Source: Desulfurococcales archaeon ex4484_217_1 (GTDB taxonomy: Archaea > Thermoproteota > Thermoprotei_A > EX4484-217-1). From it: a DNA stretch of 51,961 bases. Under the pieces are notes generated by a model, which did no database searches, was not told where the DNA came from, and was given only the letters and a program-made list of their open reading frames with translations. A program made the position numbers and the translations under genes. The stretch covers positions 1 through 51,961 of the forward strand of contig NJED01000013.1 of assembly GCA_002254745.1 (NCBI GenBank). Reading direction: 5' to 3'. Below, in pieces: positions 9,405-17,615 of the stretch (position 1 is its first letter; the number at the start of each line of letters is the position of its first letter).

Positions 9405-9451
9405 AAAATATTTTTCCTATAAACCATACCAAATATTTTGAGGGATAGTTA

Positions 9452-10333
9452 GTGAGTAGAATATCTAAGAAGTGGAGCGGTGAGGAGCCTTTAGCGCCAT
9501 TTATTATTAGGCTACTTCGTAAATTTAGGCCTAGGAAAATATCTTTAAAAAGACAAATAGGTGAAGTTATTTATCGCTTAGACGTACAAATGGATAAGCT
9601 TGATGAAACACTTAACAGGCTTAGAGAAAGGGACAAAGAGCTTCTTGAAAAGACAGTTAAAGCATACATTGCCAAGGATTTTGCGAGAGCAACTATTTAC
9701 GCTAATGAAGTAGCTGAATTAAGAAAAATGGCTAAAATAGTTTTAGCAAGCAGACTAGCACTTGAAAAAGTTAAGGTAAGACTGGAAACTATTAGAGAAC
9801 TAGGCGATGTTGCCGCAGTTATGGCTCCCATAATCCCAATACTTAAGGGTCTTAAATCCCAACTAGCAGGAATTATACCTGAAATTTCAGTAGAATTAGA
9901 AGAGATAACGAACAGTATGAACAGTATGCTTATGGAGTTAGGTCAAGTTACAACAACAGCTTTGTCCTCACCTATGCTAACTGAGGAAGCAAAAAGAGTA
10001 CTACTTGAAGCTCAAGCACTCGCTGAGGAAAAGATTAGGGAGAACTTCCCGAAAATACCTCCAGAAATTAAGGTCTCTATACCTAAAGAAGGCGCTAAAG
10101 CACCCATATCAGCCGCATTAACTATTGCTGCAATACCCGCTTCATCAAGACCTGTAACTCGAATAAGATTAAGTCCCAGGGTTTTAGAGGAAAAAGTTTT
10201 AGAATACATTAGAGCCCATAGGGGATTCATAGACGTTAATGACTGCGCTCGATTTTTTGGTGTTCAAAAAGAAGACGTGCTCAAAGCATTAAAATCCCTT
10301 GAAAGAAAGGGTAAAATAAAGCTTAAAGCGTAA
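9452..10333 (+). CDS. cdvB: Cell division protein CdvB (ESCRT-III with C-terminal winged helix)
   Basis: Snf7-like helical core, Pro-rich MIM2-like stretch (FPKIPPEIKVSIPKE), C-terminal wH (VLEYIRAHRGFIDVNDCARFFGVQKEDVLKALKSLERKGKI). Confidence 0.9.
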   Translation: MSRISKKWSGEEPLAPFIIRLLRKFRPRKISLKRQIGEVIYRLDVQMDKLDETLNRLRERDKELLEKTVKAYIAKDFARATIYANEVAELRKMAKIVLASRLALEKVKVRLETIRELGDVAAVMAPIIPILKGLKSQLAGIIPEISVELEEITNSMNSMLMELGQVTTTALSSPMLTEEAKRVLLEAQALAEEKIRENFPKIPPEIKVSIPKEGAKAPISAALTIAAIPASSRPVTRIRLSPRVLEEKVLEYIRAHRGFIDVNDCARFFGVQKEDVLKALKSLERKGKIKLKA

Positions 10334-10354
10334 GTTAATGAAGATCTGTGAAAC

Positions 10355-11518
10355 ATGTTTAGTCGTTTTTCTAAAGTAAAGTATCGAGGGATAATCTTGG
10401 CTATTCAGCGTCTTGAAGAATTAGCTAGGAAATATGCTTTCAAAGCAGTAGAAGCTGATAGGAGGGGGAACGTGGAAGAAGCGATAAAATATTATAATAG
10501 AGTAGCTGATCTCCTAGTTAAAATTGTAAAGTTGCATCCTGAGCTACCGCTCAAGGACACATATCTGGAGATGAGTAGGAGCTATAGGAGAAGAGCTGAT
10601 GAGCTGAAAAAACATGGTTTAAGCGTAACAATAGGTGAAGAGCATGACCAATACTCTATAGACGAATTTATACTCGTAGAAAAACCTAGTGTTAAATGGA
10701 GTGATGTTGCAGATTTAGAAGAAGCAAAAGAGGAGATAAAGAAGGCAATAGTTTATCCCGCTAAAAGACCCGACTTATTTCCGCTTGGATGGCCTAGAGG
10801 AATACTCCTATACGGGCCTCCTGGATGTGGTAAAACGTACTTAGCCTCGGCTGTTGCTACAGAAATAGATGCTGTATTCTTTATCGTAGATGCTGCATCA
10901 ATAATGTCTAAGTGGTTGGGTGAAGCAGAAAAAAACGTTGCTAAACTGTTTAAACGAGCCAGAGAAATAGCTAAAAGCGGTAAACCGGTCATAATATTCA
11001 TCGACGAACTGGATTCTCTCCTAGGAAGATATGCCAGTGAAATAGGTGGAGAAGTTAGGGTTAGAAACCAGTTCTTAAAGGAAATGGATGGTTTACAAGA
11101 TAAGGGTAAGAAATTATTACTTTTCGTAATTGGTGCAACTAATAAACCATGGAATTTAGACGAAGCCTTCATTAGAAGGTTTGAGAAGAGGATATACATA
11201 CCACCTCCAGACTACAAAACCAGAATAGAACTCTTCAAAATGTATACGAAAAAATTAAAGCTAGACCCTAGCGTAGATCTAAAGGAATTAGCTACACTAA
11301 CCGAGGGGTACTCTAGCAGCGATATTGAAGTAATATGTAGAGAAGCTCATGAAAAAGTTATTAAGGAATTTTTTGAAGAAACGGGTGGTTTATATGGTGA
11401 ACCTAGAGCAGTAACTATGGAGGACTTTCTTGAAATATTGAAGAAACGAAGGCCAAGCATAAATAAGAACATTATTAAGGCATTTGAGGAATGGGCGAGA
11501 AGGTTTGGAGCAGTTTAG
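10355..11518 (+). CDS. cdvC: Cell division ATPase CdvC (Vps4-like AAA+ with MIT domain)
   Basis: N-terminal MIT helices, Walker A GPPGCGKT, Walker B IIFIDELD, second region of homology, Vps4 C-terminal helix. Confidence 0.95.
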   Translation: MFSRFSKVKYRGIILAIQRLEELARKYAFKAVEADRRGNVEEAIKYYNRVADLLVKIVKLHPELPLKDTYLEMSRSYRRRADELKKHGLSVTIGEEHDQYSIDEFILVEKPSVKWSDVADLEEAKEEIKKAIVYPAKRPDLFPLGWPRGILLYGPPGCGKTYLASAVATEIDAVFFIVDAASIMSKWLGEAEKNVAKLFKRAREIAKSGKPVIIFIDELDSLLGRYASEIGGEVRVRNQFLKEMDGLQDKGKKLLLFVIGATNKPWNLDEAFIRRFEKRIYIPPPDYKTRIELFKMYTKKLKLDPSVDLKELATLTEGYSSSDIEVICREAHEKVIKEFFEETGGLYGEPRAVTMEDFLEILKKRRPSINKNIIKAFEEWARRFGAV

Positions 11519-11592
11519 AGGTTCAAGAAAACTGTTTTGAAAAAAATTGATTTGTTGGTTTTAATTAATATACTTGCTACTTAATAACCTGT

Positions 11593-11745
11593 TTACTCTA
11601 CCTTGGCTCTGAAGTAGTGGGCGTTTGGACACTTAAAGAGGCCGATCTTTACGCCTTTCCTGCCCTTTGGTGCTAGTACCCATGTCTTAATTGGCTTTTC
11701 TACTTCAGCTCCACACTTTGGACATTTGGGCATATTCTTCACCAT
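11593..11745 (-). CDS. cren7: Cren7-family chromatin protein, zinc-knuckle variant (50 aa; absent from the supplied ORF track)
   Basis: Manual translation: [50 protein letters not shown], stop TAA at 11593-11595. [17 protein letters not shown]...YFR is the Cren7 signature as I recall it from the Sulfolobus protein. TTTAAAT TATA element about 30 nt upstream of the ATG. Confidence 0.8.
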   Translation of the reverse strand: MVKNMPKCPKCGAEVEKPIKTWVLAPKGRKGVKIGLFKCPNAHYFRAKVE

Positions 11746-11864
11746 GTATAATGTATATTATACATGTAATTTAAACTTAACTTGAGACCTACACAAACAC
11801 ATGTATATGACCAAGTAGAAAAACTCTAATGGTGATTTAAAGGACTCCTTCAATGGAGGATTAT

Positions 11865-11936
11865 GTATTTACGTCAATATTTAAACATGCAATAGTACTC
11901 CTTTGCATTACATGTTTAAATAAACTTGACGTAAAT
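11865..11936. repeat. 72-bp imperfect palindrome (arms about 27 nt) in a 320-bp intergenic region
   Basis: Left arm TATTTACGTCAATATTTAAACATGCAA (11865-11891). Right arm TTGCAT[TA]CATGTTTAAATA[AAC]TTGACGTAAATA (11902-11936). A third ATGTTTAAATA copy lies near 11985, with related ACATGT-TTTAAA elements near 11762. Confidence 0.8.
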
Positions 11937-12063
11937 ATCATTGAAAAGTACATTGTTTTTTAACCTATATTCTCTTTCAACGTATGTTTAAATATGATGA
12001 TGCTGCTAGGTAGAAAAAGTACTTAGATACTGTAGAGCAATATATGGTATTAGGTGTAATTTA

Positions 12064-12834
12064 ATGTATTATGTTGAGGAGTATGATGGGCTAACTGTTT
12101 TTGAAGCTAAAGAGATAAAACTTAAATCTCCATCATATTTAATGCTTGGCCTACCCGACACAGGTCTTGTAGCGTCAATATCCGCTAGCTATATGGTTGA
12201 CGCATTAGGAATGGAGGAAATTGGCGGAATAGATTCCTATAGGTATTTCCCACCAATAACTGTAATTCACAATGGAGAACCGAAGCCGCCTTTAAGAATA
12301 TTCCATAAAGACAATATGTTGGTTATGATATCTGAGATACCCATATCACCAGCAGCTATACACCCTATAGCATTCCTCATTGTTGACTACGCTAGGAAGA
12401 AAGGCATAGATCACATAGTTTCACCTGTTGGAATAGGTGTTCCAAATAGGATGAATATTGAGAAACCAACAGTTTACTGGACTTCCACTTCTAAAGAAGG
12501 AGAAGAAATAATGGAGAAACTGGGTGTTAAAAAGTTTCAGGAAGGTTTTATCGTCGGCCCATATGCTATCATATTAAAAGAGGCTAAAAGGAAAAGAGTA
12601 AGTAACATAGTATTATTCGCTGAAGCCTTCATAGAATTTCCGGACCCAGCTGCAGCAGTGGAAGTACTAAGTATACTTTCAAAAATGTTAAACGTTCAAA
12701 TAGATTTAAAACCTCTCGTAGAGAAAGCTGAAGAAATCAGGTTAAAGACAAGAGAACTCATGCTGAGCACTAAGAAGGTTCTTGACAGGCTAAAGAAAGG
12801 TTATGAGAGGCAATTACCGTTAATGTATGTTTAA
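12064..12834 (+). CDS. PAC2-family proteasome assembly chaperone (PbaA/PbaB-like)
   Basis: LMLGLPDTGLVASISASYMV N-terminal motif of COG1938/PAC2 proteins. C-terminal coiled segment ending in MYV, which is HbYX-like. Confidence 0.75.
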   Translation: MYYVEEYDGLTVFEAKEIKLKSPSYLMLGLPDTGLVASISASYMVDALGMEEIGGIDSYRYFPPITVIHNGEPKPPLRIFHKDNMLVMISEIPISPAAIHPIAFLIVDYARKKGIDHIVSPVGIGVPNRMNIEKPTVYWTSTSKEGEEIMEKLGVKKFQEGFIVGPYAIILKEAKRKRVSNIVLFAEAFIEFPDPAAAVEVLSILSKMLNVQIDLKPLVEKAEEIRLKTRELMLSTKKVLDRLKKGYERQLPLMYV

Positions 12835-12850
12835 GCGGAGGTGAGGCCAA

Positions 12851-13312
12851 GTGTTCGAGAGTAGGCGAAGAAGGAGAAAAGATATACTCGAAATAATTAA
12901 AGAGTTTGAAGAAGCATTAGAAAGAGAGTTTGAAGAAATATTTGACAGGTTTCTAAGTCATTACGAAACAAAGTCTATGTGGTGTAGCGACGGGACTTTA
13001 GAACCACTTGTTGAAGTTAAGGAAGAGGAAGACAAATATCTTATAACTGTAGATTTGCCCTTAGCGAATTTGAAGACATTATCGATCACGGGCAAATACA
13101 ATGTTGTCGAAATAAGATGTCAGCTTAAAAAAGATGTTAGGCTAGATAGATGGGTTATACAGAGGCAAACAACATTTAGAGAATACAGGAAGGCAGTAGA
13201 GTTACCTGAAGACGCTGATGTATCTAAGTTCCAAGTTAGGAAGTATGAGAACTTCTCAATAATAGAGATTGTAGTTCCTAAAAAATTCAGATCTTTGCAT
13301 GAACTTCGATAA
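12851..13312 (+). CDS. Small heat-shock protein (Hsp20/alpha-crystallin domain)
   Basis: ACD pattern EPLVEVKEEEDKYLITVDLP...FREYRKAVELPEDADVSKFQVRKYENFSIIEIVVPKK; GTG start. Confidence 0.75.
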   Translation: MFESRRRRRKDILEIIKEFEEALEREFEEIFDRFLSHYETKSMWCSDGTLEPLVEVKEEEDKYLITVDLPLANLKTLSITGKYNVVEIRCQLKKDVRLDRWVIQRQTTFREYRKAVELPEDADVSKFQVRKYENFSIIEIVVPKKFRSLHELR

Positions 13313-14468
13313 TATCTCCATCCATAACTACATGGTTCTTACCAACACGTTCACCCGGATATTTGGCTGAAGGACCCCAGATCTTAGCGTATTTGAAGTT
13401 TTCGCAAAGTTTAGAGTGTATTTTCTCAGCAACATCTAATACTGTAGCGCCTTTACGTAGGACTAAAGGCTCCAGTGAAGGTTTATTTTCACCTGGCTGC
13501 TTAGTGTACACCCTGACTAAGTCTAAGAGGTTAAAAAGGAGCTTACCTAGCATGTTGTAGTTCACGTTTTTAATAGCTGAGATAGGTATAACACTTACAT
13601 GTGAACCTACGGTATTTTGAACTTCTTTAACAATATTTTTCAGAACTTCTTGAGGTAGCTTATCTGACTTGTTAACAAGGATTATTGCTGGCTTATGTAT
13701 TATACTACCGAATATTGATGATTCAATATCGTCTAAAGACACTTCACCATAAATTTTAACTAGTGCGTGATGAATTCGGTAGTCTTTCAATAACTTCGCA
13801 ACATCCCTTACGCTACCATCTACTATTTTACCAAAGACAATTACTTGTATTCCTCCAGTACTTTTCCTAATTATTTCGACTTTACCTTTAGGTTTACCTA
13901 TGGAGATTCTAGCTTCCTCAAGTTCTTTAAGTATTGTTTTGAGCTGTTCTATGGGGTTAGATGTTCCATCTAAAACTATAAGTACAGCATCAGAATTCCT
14001 AACTAAGCCTAGGGTTTTAAGGCCCCAGCCTACTCCTTTAGCTGCGCCTTCAAATAAAGCTGGTGCTTCTACGAGTTGAAACTTAATGTCTTCGAAAGGC
14101 ATCATTCCAACTACTGGAGTTCGTGTAGTGTACGGTATTGGGGAAACTTGTGGTTTAGCGTTTGTTATTTTACGAAGCAACTGGCTCTTCCCGGAGTTTG
14201 CAAGTCCAAGTATAACTACTTGAGCAGCTCCTTCCTTTTCAACAAAGAATTTAGGCCCCTTACCTGCTCTTCTCCTTCTTCTTTCTTCTATTTCCCTTCT
14301 AAGGACAGCCATTTGCCTTCTAACACGGCCTATAAGCTTCTCAGTACCCTTATGCTTAGGTACTGCTGCTAAAAACTCTTCTAAGGCCTTTAGTTTCTCC
14401 TCAGGAGTTTTAGCTTCCATAACCTTAATCCATTTAGCCTTAGCTTCAGCAGGCAGATTTGTAACCAT
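13287..14468 (-). CDS. DRG/Rbg-type OBG-family GTPase with C-terminal TGS domain
   Basis: G1 GLANSGKS, G2 YTTRTP, G3 VEAPAL, NKSD, then TGS (VRVYTKQPGE...GDIIEVHAK). Confidence 0.9.
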   Translation of the reverse strand: MVTNLPAEAKAKWIKVMEAKTPEEKLKALEEFLAAVPKHKGTEKLIGRVRRQMAVLRREIEERRRRRAGKGPKFFVEKEGAAQVVILGLANSGKSQLLRKITNAKPQVSPIPYTTRTPVVGMMPFEDIKFQLVEAPALFEGAAKGVGWGLKTLGLVRNSDAVLIVLDGTSNPIEQLKTILKELEEARISIGKPKGKVEIIRKSTGGIQVIVFGKIVDGSVRDVAKLLKDYRIHHALVKIYGEVSLDDIESSIFGSIIHKPAIILVNKSDKLPQEVLKNIVKEVQNTVGSHVSVIPISAIKNVNYNMLGKLLFNLLDLVRVYTKQPGENKPSLEPLVLRKGATVLDVAEKIHSKLCENFKYAKIWGPSAKYPGERVGKNHVVMDGDIIEVHAKI

Positions 14469-14474
14469 AATTTC

Positions 14475-15006
14475 TCACCTAGCTCTTTTCTTCTTTTCAA
14501 TATACTCTGTAGGTGCCAATTCCTTTACTGTTTTCCAACTCCTCCTAACAATGGAAGGCAAATATCCCTCCCTGCCATAGAAGTTTTTAATCCATGAAAT
14601 TGTTTTAGGATCCGAGGGATATCCGCTACCGAAATCACCATACATCTTCTTAAGCTCACCAATATGTCTCTCCCTATACGTTTTAGCAACTATGGATGCT
14701 GCAGACACCACGACATACTTCCTGTCCGCAAAATGTTCAGCAATAATGTCCCCCTTAAAACCCATTGTTTATATTTCTCCTATCTATAATATCAGGCTTA
14801 ACCTCTTGAACATATATTTTCTCAGCATAAGACTTAACAATATTGTACATTACATTTCTCATGTGTTTGCTTAGTAGCTTACTGTCCTTTATACCTAGCT
14901 TCTTCAAATGTGCAATGTTCTCCTTCCTAATAACAACTCCGGCAACAAACATACTACCAATAACAGGCCCCTTACCCGCTTCATCTATTCCAAGAACTAA
15001 ACTCAT
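14475..15006 (-). pseudogene. rnhB: Ribonuclease HII, disrupted (internal loss of about 40 codons plus a frameshift)
   Basis: N-terminal ORF (15006-14755) has LGIDEAGKGPVIG. C-terminal ORF (14765-14475) has AEHFADRKYVVVSAASIVAK and GDFGSGYPSDP. The frames meet at GGGTTTTAAGGGGG (about 14755-14768). The segment carrying the third catalytic Asp (Y[AV]D[AS]xD in other archaeal RNase HII) is missing. Confidence 0.85.
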
Positions 15007-15038
15007 CTGCTACTACCTTGGGCCTAACGCAGTTTTTC

Positions 15039-15587
15039 CTAATTATCTCTACAGTTTCCCTTTCGGAAAACATCTAAACAGAAATATATTGAGTCATAGT
15101 TTTCTATAAAGTTGAAGTGTGATGGTAGGGAGAAGAATCCTTGAGGATTATTCTCTACAGTTATTGTGATACCGGTATCCTCAGATACTTTCTGAAGCAT
15201 ATTTAGCGACTTCTTGGCTTCGTTAAGTACTTTATCTTTTACTTTTTCACTAAACGTTATTTCCTCAGATATTATGTGGACGTTAAAGTACTCTGGCTCA
15301 TACTTCACAACACTACTTATTGCTTTACTAACGATTGCTCTAGAAGACTCGGAAATTTCCCTATAAGGGCTTCCAAGCCTTATATCTCTCCATGGTCCAT
15401 GAAACGCTATTTTAAATCCCAAATCCTTAGCTACACTAATAATATGTACCAAGTTCTCTTCATTAGAAATCCAAGGATAAGCCAGTGATATTTCTAGGTA
15501 ATCAAACCCGTTTTCCAATGTTTTAGCCAATTCTTCTTCAACATTCCTTGTTCCATACCATATACTCCATCCGACAAGTATTTTCAT
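15039..15587 (-). CDS. Xylose-isomerase-like TIM-barrel protein (sugar phosphate isomerase/epimerase family), apparently C-terminally truncated
   Basis: GFDYLEISL, FHGPW, NVH and ITVEN strand-end motifs. The ORF stops 182 aa in, right after CLDV, where family members normally continue with GH and two more beta/alpha units. Confidence 0.65.
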   Translation of the reverse strand: MKILVGWSIWYGTRNVEEELAKTLENGFDYLEISLAYPWISNEENLVHIISVAKDLGFKIAFHGPWRDIRLGSPYREISESSRAIVSKAISSVVKYEPEYFNVHIISEEITFSEKVKDKVLNEAKKSLNMLQKVSEDTGITITVENNPQGFFSLPSHFNFIENYDSIYFCLDVFRKGNCRDN

Positions 15588-15597
15588 ACATTATACC

Positions 15598-16353
15598 CTA
15601 CGTTATTAAGTAATTTATTTTATTTATCTTAGAAACTACACTTTCAATACTTAACCTTACTCTTCCTACTCCATGTTTGTAAACGAAATACGGCCGTAAA
15701 ACATTGGGAACGAGTCTCTCATATAACTTCTTCTCGAAAAGCCCATCGTACACTATTTTTCCAGCAAATTTCATGCTTAATGTATTACCTAGAGTATATA
15801 GAGTGAGGTTTGTTATGGGATAGCGTAAGACTTTCGGACCTTTTTCACAATACCCTAACTTACAAATGGTAAAATGCGGAATTCCCGTTTTTAGCAATAA
15901 ATTAACTATAATTTCGAGAGATTTGAGTTCGCTTTGTCTCCCAATAATAAATGCCATGAGCGGTTTCTCTTTAACAAGAATGTTAAACGACGTACGTATG
16001 TTTTTAACATAGTCATCCCTTACAGCATATGGTACTATGTAACCTTCTTTTATTGCAGCTAAGTTCATATATTTCATTATAGTTATTATATGCCTTAATG
16101 TTTTAGGCGTCGAAATGATTGCTGTTTTTAAATTCAGTATTCTAAACACTAAGGTTAGAACAGCACTTCCTAAGATACCATCAATTTCAGGTATTTCCTT
16201 GCCATATGGGTATGTTACCATTAACAATTTTCCCTTGGATGCGTTCAAATACTTTACAATATCGTGGAAAGCGTGCTCTAGCCTATAGTTGAAACTTTCA
16301 GGTTCATAGCCGAAATCCGTGTACAGTTCTTTTTCAATGTTTTCCCAGTTCAT
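15598..16353 (-). CDS. Hypothetical protein, translationally coupled to the upstream DUF354 gene
   Basis: 251-aa ORF; ATGA overlap with 16350-17534; no motif recognised. Confidence 0.5.
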   Translation of the reverse strand: MNWENIEKELYTDFGYEPESFNYRLEHAFHDIVKYLNASKGKLLMVTYPYGKEIPEIDGILGSAVLTLVFRILNLKTAIISTPKTLRHIITIMKYMNLAAIKEGYIVPYAVRDDYVKNIRTSFNILVKEKPLMAFIIGRQSELKSLEIIVNLLLKTGIPHFTICKLGYCEKGPKVLRYPITNLTLYTLGNTLSMKFAGKIVYDGLFEKKLYERLVPNVLRPYFVYKHGVGRVRLSIESVVSKINKINYLIT

Positions 16354-17534
16354 ACAGTATCTATCTCTTCAAGTATTTTCATAACTATTGTGCTTGGTCT
16401 TTCTAGTTGAGAATACATTTTCCTTAACATATTTTTACTTAGTCTTGGAACCTTACCAAGTAGTATTTTATCAATTTTCTTCTTCAAAGCTTCCCATTTG
16501 TGAACATTATATAGGGGGAACCCCCATGAACTAACACATTCATTAATAGGGGTTTTTACAGGGAAATAGCTTATGGATGGAACGCCAGCTAAGGCTGCTT
16601 CTCTAGCTATAGTAGCGCCTCCTGTAATTACCATACTGGCTTTTGGATATAGTACTCTTAAGTCTAATGGGTCTTTAGGTATAATCACGTTCTCTTTAAA
16701 GTATTTCAAAACATATTCCTTCTGATGCGCGTACCTAGGTAGGAAAACTATTTTCCCTTCAAATTTTGATTTCAGATATTCTAGTACTTTATGGAAAATA
16801 GGTTTGTACTTGTAATAAGCTGCTTCTGTTTCTTCAGGTCTAAATATTATGAAAGGTTCTTCTACATTAACTATCGCTAATGTTCTTTCTCTAAACTTTT
16901 TAGGAGATCTATAGTTTATAATCCATTCTAACTCTTCAACACCATTGTACTGTACAATTTTTGTTCTAGGTGTAATGTAGGGTTTAAACATTTTTCGTGA
17001 AATACACTTAGAAAACACTACGTATTTCGCTAAAGGTAATGTTAACTTATTAACGGCTATTGCATGAGGCGTTAATAAGACTATTGGTGTTTTTAATCCG
17101 AAAGCAACTCTGCAACCACTAGGGCTAGGGTATGAAATTAGGGCTGAAGGCCTTATTTCACTTATTATTTTTGCTAGTTTAAGTGTTCTATCAGCGGATG
17201 CTAGGAGCTTTCCTATTAATGCTCCTCCTCCATGTTCTCCTACGCTAATATAGTTTTCCCCATAACTTTTAAGAAGAGACTCGGTGTAGTCGTACTTCCT
17301 ACATGTAATAAATGTTTCATAGCCTTTTCTCCTAATTCTCAAAGCTAAGTAGTGCATTAAAAGTGCCTGTTTGGGTGTTAAAACATCAAGCCATACGGTT
17401 TTACCTGTCATAGTTATGTATGCAATTATTCTAGTTATTTTCAAGAACTTCTTATTTAAAATCGAGGCTATGATTAGAAAGGTGAGACCTAGAAATTCTA
17501 CCATCAATACGTTTTCTAAAACGTAAAGCATCAA
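16350..17534 (-). CDS. DUF354-family protein (UDP-GlcNAc 2-epimerase / GT-B-like fold)
   Basis: VWLDVLTPKQALLMHYLALRIRRKGYE... and the C-terminal GGATIAREAALAGVPSIS pattern resemble DUF354. Likely start is ATG 17411 (MTGKTVWLDV) rather than 17534. Confidence 0.65.
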   Translation of the reverse strand: MMLYVLENVLMVEFLGLTFLIIASILNKKFLKITRIIAYITMTGKTVWLDVLTPKQALLMHYLALRIRRKGYETFITCRKYDYTESLLKSYGENYISVGEHGGGALIGKLLASADRTLKLAKIISEIRPSALISYPSPSGCRVAFGLKTPIVLLTPHAIAVNKLTLPLAKYVVFSKCISRKMFKPYITPRTKIVQYNGVEELEWIINYRSPKKFRERTLAIVNVEEPFIIFRPEETEAAYYKYKPIFHKVLEYLKSKFEGKIVFLPRYAHQKEYVLKYFKENVIIPKDPLDLRVLYPKASMVITGGATIAREAALAGVPSISYFPVKTPINECVSSWGFPLYNVHKWEALKKKIDKILLGKVPRLSKNMLRKMYSQLERPSTIVMKILEEIDTV

Positions 17535-17615
17535 CCTCGAAATACCTCGGTGAAATCTTATATGTTTAGGTACGAAATTACTTTATTAAACGGTGTTTCA
17601 TAATTATTTCGGGGC

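Noticed and set aside
11746-12063. Replication origin (ORB elements) in the long AT-rich intergenic region with the palindrome; TCCTTCAATGGAGGA at about 11845 vaguely resembles a mini-ORB dyad
   Set aside because: There is no orc1/cdc6 or whiP gene adjacent. Only one weak ORB-like dyad is present rather than several oriented copies, and the large palindrome arms do not match the ORB consensus as I recall it.
14755-14768. Programmed ribosomal frameshifting as an explanation for the split genes (rnhB, NRAMP, DUF460)
   Set aside because: There is no slippery heptamer with a downstream structure. The same genes also show loss of conserved segments. Several unrelated genes are affected, which favours mutation or sequencing error.
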